64,000 bases of DNA, taken from Octopus vulgaris. Lineage: Eukaryota. The DNA lies in NCBI GenBank assembly GCA_951406725.2, contig OX597824.1:1984001-2048000 (forward strand). Reading direction: 5' to 3'. Below the pieces are notes generated by a model that was not told the DNA's origin, searched no databases, and was given only the letters and a program-made list of their open reading frames with translations. Shown piece after piece: positions 55,793 to 64,000 of this stretch. Every line of letters starts with the position of its first letter. Within the stretch, counting starts at the first letter, position 1. The position numbers and the translations under genes are program-made.

Positions 55793-56834
55793 GAATATTA
55801 CCCTTTGAAGCACTTACAAATCTCGTTCATTTTCAGGATACATCAAGGAAAAATATCATCCATCTTACTTATTCCTTTCCTCACGATCAGAGCATTTTAA
55901 ATAAATTCCATCTGGTAACAACTCATCACGGTGCGCTACAGCTTCGTGACAATGCATGACACATGGTCGTCGTTGCTGTTCTTTCTTTTCCTTTTTGATA
56001 CATTTGCTGTTGCTTCGATGGAGGACAGTCTTAATGAGACAAAGTGAGATGCCTGCCTGCTGCGACGGCTGACATTTTCCCATACAGAAACCACAATGCG
56101 TCTGTTATATTTATGACATTATTCAAGATAGTAGAATTTACGCAAAGATTTCCCTACAAACACTAGAAGCTCGCAGCGACGATAGACAGGCCCCTTAGTT
56201 GACCTGTCAATAATATATCTGAAGCTACAAATTTAGGGCTTGCCACATGCATTAATAATAATCTGCTGCCCTTCTCGCCATCTCATCGATTACATTCTCT
56301 GTTTCAACTTCGCACTGTCAGCAAATCGAAATGTTGCCGAAGAATGTCTTTTCTGAAAAGCGCTGCAAAAACAAATTTACACATTCGCGCACAGCCACGT
56401 CTCTCCTACACAGACACACACAAACACGCACACACATACACACATACACACGAATATACACACATATACACATACATACGCACACAAGCATGTTTCTTTC
56501 TCAGTTCAAAAACAAATGCCTAAATAATATGAAGCGAGAAAATAAAACACAAATACGTGAATGTGTATAAAAATATATATGAAAAATTGTGTGCATGCGC
56601 GTATGTCTTTGCGCGCACGTGTGTTTGTATACATTCGTTTTTTTATAAGTTTAAAGAATAAAACATCAAGCAATGACTGCATTCGAAAACGAAATCCGTA
56701 CATCACATTCATGCTTGCAACCATTTATCGATCCATCCATCGAGCCATCCATCCATTCTTACACACATAATGCGCATACATACACACATGAGTGTGTGGG
56801 CGTATGTGTGTGTGTGTGTGTGTGGCTTGCATAT

Positions 56835-57092
56835 TTTACTTGTTCCACTCATTCAACCACGGCCAAACTGGGGCACCTCGAAGAATTTTAGTCGAACGAA
56901 TCGGCCTTAGTTATAATTCATTCGCTTTCCTCAAGTCTAGTACTAATTCCATCAAACGATTTTTGCTGAACCGCAAAGTTCCTGGGACGTAAACACACCA
57001 ATATCGGTTGCCAAGATGAGGAACAAACACACACACACATATACGATTGGGTTCTTTCAGTTTCCGTCTGCCAAATCCATTCGCAAGGCATT
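56835..57092 (-). mobile_element. SINE family A, 5'-truncated
   Basis: gacgtaaacacaccaatatcggttg...ttctttcagtttccgtctgccaaatcc match. Confidence 0.8.
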
Positions 57093-57112
57093 AGACGTTC
57101 CGAAGCTATATT

Positions 57113-57195
<83 letters not shown>

Positions 57196-57501
57196 ATATA
57201 TATACAAACACACACACAGACATTTATGAATTTGTTTTGCACGATTCCAGATGTCAAACCATGTGTTGAAACATATTGTTGTATTTCGGGATGGTCATTC
57301 TATCCAGGTGTCTTCTGTTCTATGAGCAGGAAGAGATGCGTTGGACTGAAAGTCACTGAAGAGGTCACAGGAGTGCAGTGAAAGATTGCCTGGCAATATA
57401 TATAAAGTAAGAACGGTAATAAACAAATAAAAAACGAATATATAGTGCGTTTGTTTATTTGCAAAAAGAGAAAAAAGCCCCATCTCGAAATATAAAACGT
57501 T

Positions 57502-57555
<54 letters not shown>

Positions 57556-58365
57556 CGCATAAATTTGTGTCGCCATATCATATGGAACTTGCAAACTTTC
57601 TTAATTTTATACTTTCTAAAATAATTTGCAGAAATATTTTTCGCTTGCAAATAATATTGGGACATCTGTCGAGTATTAGTATGGCTTTCTTAATCATTAA
57701 TGCAGCCCATAATCACATCAGCTGCTTTGCTGGTGGTCTGTCGAAAGTCTGACAGGTCATACAATATGAAACTGTAATTCTTCAGCCTGGACTTTGCTGA
57801 AGACATGTTACATCCGACGATGCAAAGCACACGCACACTTATGCCCTCACACATACATAGACACGCATATATTCGCTTACAAAACAAAAGAAAAAGAACG
57901 AATCGAATCTCGATTAGCTAAAATATGGTTTCTTCTCAAATTTCATCATGTAACCGTCAATACACTACATTTTTTAAAATATTTTTTTCATATTTATACA
58001 TCATAACTATATATGATTCAAAATAGGAAGGAACTCTTTCCACATATACGCAAATGTATTTATACATGCGTATACACTCAAACATGTATATATGTATTTA
58101 CATACACACACACATATGCACACAGAGACAAATGCATGCACACTTGCATGTGTATAAGTATATATGTGTGTGCGTGCACATATAGAATATGCGTAAATAT
58201 GTAATATATGTGCACATTTGGGTGTGTTTATTTATGTATTTATATGCATCTATATATTCATATATGCAAACACATCTACACTTATATGCTTACATATATA
58301 CCTACACACACATATAGATATATATGTGTATGTATGTGTGAGTATATATATATACATATACATAT

Positions 58366-58399
<34 letters not shown>

Positions 58400-58534
58400 G
58401 CATATATATATACATATATATACATACACATAGATACATAGATATATACATAGATACATAAATATATATATATATATAAGGATAAGATGGTTAATTTCAA
58501 ATAAAATAACGATTTTATCAAGTGGCCAGCATGT

Positions 58535-58577
<43 letters not shown>

Positions 58578-58581
58578 GTGT

Positions 58582-58636
<55 letters not shown>

Positions 58637-58720
58637 ACAGAGAGAGAGAGAGATGCATGCATATATATATATGTATATATACATATATATAGGTATAGAT
58701 AGATTGGTGGACAGATTGAT

Positions 58721-58821
<101 letters not shown>

Positions 58822-58822
58822 T

Positions 58823-58889
<67 letters not shown>

Positions 58890-59530
58890 GATAAAGAGAC
58901 AGGTACATACATACATAGACAGAAAGATAGTTAGATAGATATCATACACATACCCATGTATATACATATTTCAGTAGGATCTTCGGAAGCAGTTTTGTTG
59001 AAGGACGCCATGGCAGTTGTTAAACTGAAAGCGACCGAATGCTACACGGTCTTCTGGCCAAAGTATTCTCTCTGTTGCCTGAAAAATGTCATATCGGGTT
59101 TACCAGATGCCGGTTGCAAATAGGGAGTAGATCGGCCGTAGTTTTCATAATTGGTCTGATATATTTTCTTTCCCTATACTACTTGCTCTGTTTCGAACTC
59201 CTTCTTTCTCTTTCTCCGTCTTTCTTTTCATCTCCCGTTCCAAGATGGTTATATGACATCAGTAAACTTTCTCCAGTCTTTTTTTAGTCGAATACGCTTA
59301 AAGATTTATACAAACGACTGTGTAACGATATTTGACGATATTGATATACGGATATTGTCATCTTTTCCCATGTTTTTGCCTTCTTTCTTTTTTATGCTTA
59401 GCGACTTCGCCTTTCATCTTTTGGGAGTCTATATACGAGTGCCAGTTCGTTACTGGAATCGATGGAATCGACTAGGAGCTTCCAGAAAGATTTCAGGCCT
59501 TGTGTCTATAGTAGAAAGGATTATTATATA

Positions 59531-59584
<54 letters not shown>

Positions 59585-60539
59585 AGTTGAAGCATGATAT
59601 GGGGAACCATATTTAACGCTGAAGGTATGTACACACAATCTATAATCAGAGAATTAATATTAACTCGATGATTCTGTCTGACATGTTTGAATTACGAAAT
59701 ATGCTAAATCTGTTGCACGCTTGCAGCTCACAGCTAGATTCCAAGAAGGTTTTACTTAAATATAGTGTTGACTCGCTTCAATTCATTTACGGAGGAGGAG
59801 AAGATTTGCTGCTAGCATTGTTAGGAATTAATGAGGTAGAATCTTAACAGAGCGACTTTGAAATTAAATACTTCTTTCCTCCAATGATGTACATTAGCGT
59901 CATTCGTTACATCAGGCAATAGACTATCAATATCTCAGTGTTAAACTAATACGGTTATCATGCACAAAATGGGAAACGTAATGAAATAAAACGCGCATTT
60001 CTTGTCTGAATCGTTTGACATAGTTATTTTTTGCCATGTCAGCAAATCTAGTATTAAGCATCCTCAAGCGAAATATTGAGTAAATGAAATAATGCCCGAG
60101 ATATATTTATTTGGAATTATTTTATTTTTTCTGATGTTCTAATGAATATATTTACTAATTCGATCATACATCGAAATAGAACATGTAAATCCGTTACCAT
60201 CACGGAAATCTATAAATGAAATTACAATCCGGTCTTGAAACACTGAGACATGCAGACAGGCCCGTGATCATATGTATTTATGTATATACCTGACTTTGTG
60301 CAACCTGCAATTCTCTGTGTAAATGTGATTACATATTTGTAAGCAACGATATTCTTAATATGTAATATTAAAGTTTATCTCTCATAAAAACTTTAGCATA
60401 TTAAACTTAATATGAAACTGTCTCGTGAAATATAAGAACCGTTTCTATAAAATAATTCGCAAAGATTAGATAGAAGCAATATACGAGAAAATAACAACTT
60501 GATACAAATAACTGGTCCTCCGTCAACTACGACGATTAG

Positions 60540-61482
60540 GATTCCAGATGCATTTTCGACACCGCCTACTCTTTGCTCTCAATCAAGCTTCTAAGGCCGC
60601 AAAAGCTGCTCACAACATTTGTGCTGTGTATGGAGAGGGTGCCATAGATGAAAGAACTGCTCGTGATTGGTATGTAAAGTTCCAAAATTGAAATTTTGAC
60701 CTCAAAGACGCATTTCGTTCTGGCCGTCCAGCTGAGTTGGATGAAGAGCGATGAAACCGACTTTTGCACGAAAATTCTGGTCAATTGACAAGAGAACTGG
60801 CAGAGAAAATGGAATGCTTTCACACTGCTATAGAGAAGTTTCTTCAATCGATGGGAAATGTTCAGAAGTGTGGAGCATGGTTTCCGCATGCTTTAAGTGA
60901 CAACAACAAAAATCAACGAGCCACAATCTCCGCTGGTCTACTTGCTCGTCACCGCTCAACTCATGGACACAAGCAACAACTTCTTTACCGAATCATTACT
61001 GACGACGAAGAATGGTGCCTGTACATCAATATGAAGCAGCGTAAGGAATGACTTGACTCCGGTCAACAAGCTACACGCGCATGAAACAATATCCTCATCC
61101 GCGTAAAACGATGTTGTGCGTATGGTGGGACTGGGAAGGGATTATCCATTACGAATTACTTGAACGGAACCAAACAGTCAACACAGAACTCTATGTTCAA
61201 CAGATGGAACGACTCAACACGGCTATTCAAGAGAAAAGACCTAATCGTCAGCATGGAGTTCTGCTGCACGACAACGCCCGCCCTGATATCGCCAACATGA
61301 CCAAGGAAGCCATTCAAACGCATGCCTGGAAAGTGCTGCCACACCCACAGTACTCTCCTGATTTGGCACCAACAGATTTCCACCTCTTTCGATCTCTTTC
61401 AAATGATATGCGCGGAATTTCGTTTCATACTCATGCAGCATTGAGAGCTTGGTTGGATCAATTTTTCGAGTCGAAATCGGTT
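60540..61482 (+). mobile_element. Mariner transposon pseudogene (D,D34D)
   Basis: HFRH.LLF..NQ..KAA...NICAVYG, SGRP, WFPHAL, IITDDEEW, KTMLCVWWD.EGIIHYELL and HDNARP...YSPDLAPTD with 34 residues between the catalytic Asp residues. Premature stops are present. Confidence 0.93.
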
Positions 61483-61873
61483 GAACACACACACACATAT
61501 ACATATATATCGTTTGTACAAATACATAAATCTGGAGGAGAAGCACACTCTAAGATGCAGAGCAGTTTATATTATAATGGGGGGACCGGTTTATGGGGTC
61601 ACCCTGGATTTCTCACTCATAAGGGGTTTAACCTTACGGCGTATCTTCAGAACCCAGACATCGCTGGCCTAAGACCTCTGCAAAATATGGAATGGGAAAT
61701 ATCTCGTTATAAAAGTAAACACTAATTGATTTACTCCCTTTGGCATTAGCCATCGAGCTTTGACTGCGGTCACCAAAGAGCCACAAAAGTAAATGATTGT
61801 AGCCCTTCGGCCTTGGCTATTGGTTTCCAGCTGAAGCGTCGCATTGCAGACTCCAAAAAGCCAGCAGGAATCA

Positions 61874-61931
<58 letters not shown>

Positions 61932-64000
61932 CAAATTTAACCATCCCCATACTACGGTATTAATAATTAAAGAAAAATGTGTATAAAGGTGTACATCGTA
62001 ATGTTAAAAAGTGTATATTACTATTTCGTTTACTTGTATACGTAACTCTGATTACTCAGAGAATACTTAGTTCATACTCCCATATGGCTTCAATATTGTT
62101 GTATTCGTAATTTGAGTTGGTTATTGTTTTTTGTTTAGTTTTGGAGTGGTATTTATGAATAAAATTATCTTCATTGGTTTCTAGGAATTGTTCATCATCT
62201 GTCCAGGGGAAAATATATAATGGTCTTCTTTGACAGGGGTCACAGAGCCATAAAGGCTAGGAACTTCTACAGTAGACAATCTATTAATAACACTCATTGA
62301 GTGGTTGAAATACATTATGAATCGGTTGTAATATGAAGTAACAAATATATGTAATCATTCTTGGTCAATAGTATTAAAAGAGATCAAAGAATTTTGTGTT
62401 TTTTTGTTTTCATTTCATTGCACTGATGTCAATACAGAAATTTATATTGATTTTCATTTTTGATCTTCAGAGAAGGTTAGGTTTATGAAAAATTTATTTT
62501 CTAAATCTTTTTAAATAAAATATCACAAGAATATTTAGAAAGTATATCTGCTACCCGCGAAAAAAATATAAAATTATATAAAATAACATGTTTTCAGTTT
62601 TTATTAAAGTTAAGTTAATTTCAGTATAATGATGTATAAAAACATTTCGCAACTTACAGTTATTGAACAGGGGAGGAAAAATGGGTAAATTGTTATATAT
62701 CGATTGATTTCCTACAGAGAAACAAAACTAATTTTTAGAGAGAATGATTATGTTCGATAGTTAAAAGAACTCCAATATTTTTGTTATCCAATACGTAGAG
62801 ACAAGTATGTAAGTTGAGTCAACGCTTGTTGTTTATAACCGCAGGAATTATGTAGCTGAATCGAAAATTCTATAATTCCTTTAGTTCTGTGCTCTGCTGC
62901 CTATCCTACTTTTGTAACTAGGAAATACCATATATTACCATTTTCCTATGAAACATTTTATGCTACGGCATTGTTCAATGATTTTATATTAGTTTCTTCA
63001 GATTATTTCAATCAGTTTATGCAGAAATCCTCTTCCGAGCCATATCACATTCGGTGCAATTATATAATCTGTAACTAAATATAGTAATTATAAAGAAATT
63101 TAATATTAATTCAAAAGAGTGGATGTCTTAAATAAGCTCTCATTACACTATAATTACAATCTTGATTTCTTTTACATAACTAATGTATATATTCAATTGT
63201 AGTGTTTTCTAGTCAATTCGCGATGCAAATCATTAAACATTTTGTAAATGTCTGTGAATAATAAAGCCATTGCTAGTTGCAAATGGCTAAATTCTTCGTT
63301 CTTGGTTAAGTATTTCATAACTAAGGACTTTATCCTTTTTTTGTATACTAGAGTTTAGGATGTGTATACATTTCGCCAAGATTTCAACATCAGCTTACCT
63401 AAGAGTATCTCGAGATAATTTTGATTATTTTGTATAAATATAAATATCTATCCTTATATATTGTATCGCAGGATTATTAGAATAGAAAGAATAACGGTTT
63501 TTTTATCAAAGTAATTGTCTAGTCTAACAGAATCCGAAGCACCTTGTTTTATGTAAAACGGAGCATTTTTCATTAAATTCGATATTGGCAAATTTCGCGA
63601 TTGACTAGAGATGTTTATCGTAATCTTTATATACATTTTAAGGTTTTATAATATAATGTTTCAGAAAATGTTACTTTTCCTTATTTTGCATGTAAGTTGA
63701 TATATTCTATTAAAAATAGTATTAATCACATATGAGTGTGAATATATAAATATTACTCTCAGAGTGTTTCGTTTCTGATAGATATTGCCATAAATTTCTA
63801 ATACGGTTATTCAAATAACAATATATTTTTTTGTAATGCAAGTATTCGAATAGCAAGATATTTTTTCCAGTACTGTCATTCTGTTGGGTCAAGATCTATT
63901 CAGAGTAAACTTGGCACCTATCGATTAAACCAACCTCAATATGATATATTGTTTAACACACGACAGAGTAGATGCTAGCAGAAGACAAAATTCATGAAAT

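Overview
AT-rich, microsatellite-saturated eukaryotic non-coding DNA. It is most consistent with an octopus or other coleoid cephalopod genome, inferred from repeat content and SINE style and not confirmed by a search. Almost all ORFs in the track are translated (AT)n/(AC)n/(ATCT)n/(ATG)n repeats. The recognisable content is transposable-element debris: three decayed mariner copies, two Tc1/mariner-type MITEs, three or more tRNA-derived SINE families, CR1-, RTE- and R4/Dong-like LINE fragments, and Penelope-like (PLE) RT and GIY-YIG fragments. There is one plausible host terminal exon (44303-44511). The most striking signal is about 16 hammerhead-ribozyme (HHR) motifs from about 10 distinct sequence families. 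Many lie in long 'tails-out' inverted repeats, have palindromic (dimer-type) stem III, and include G3-C8 and U3-A8 core covariants. Two elements stand out. One is a 475-bp-monomer partial-tandem insertion with a 10-13 bp target-site duplication and a canonical GUC hammerhead (retrozyme-like, 43210-43870). The other is a tRNA-headed, hammerhead-bearing SINE-like unit (49480-49790). All structure calls were made by eye and none were computed.
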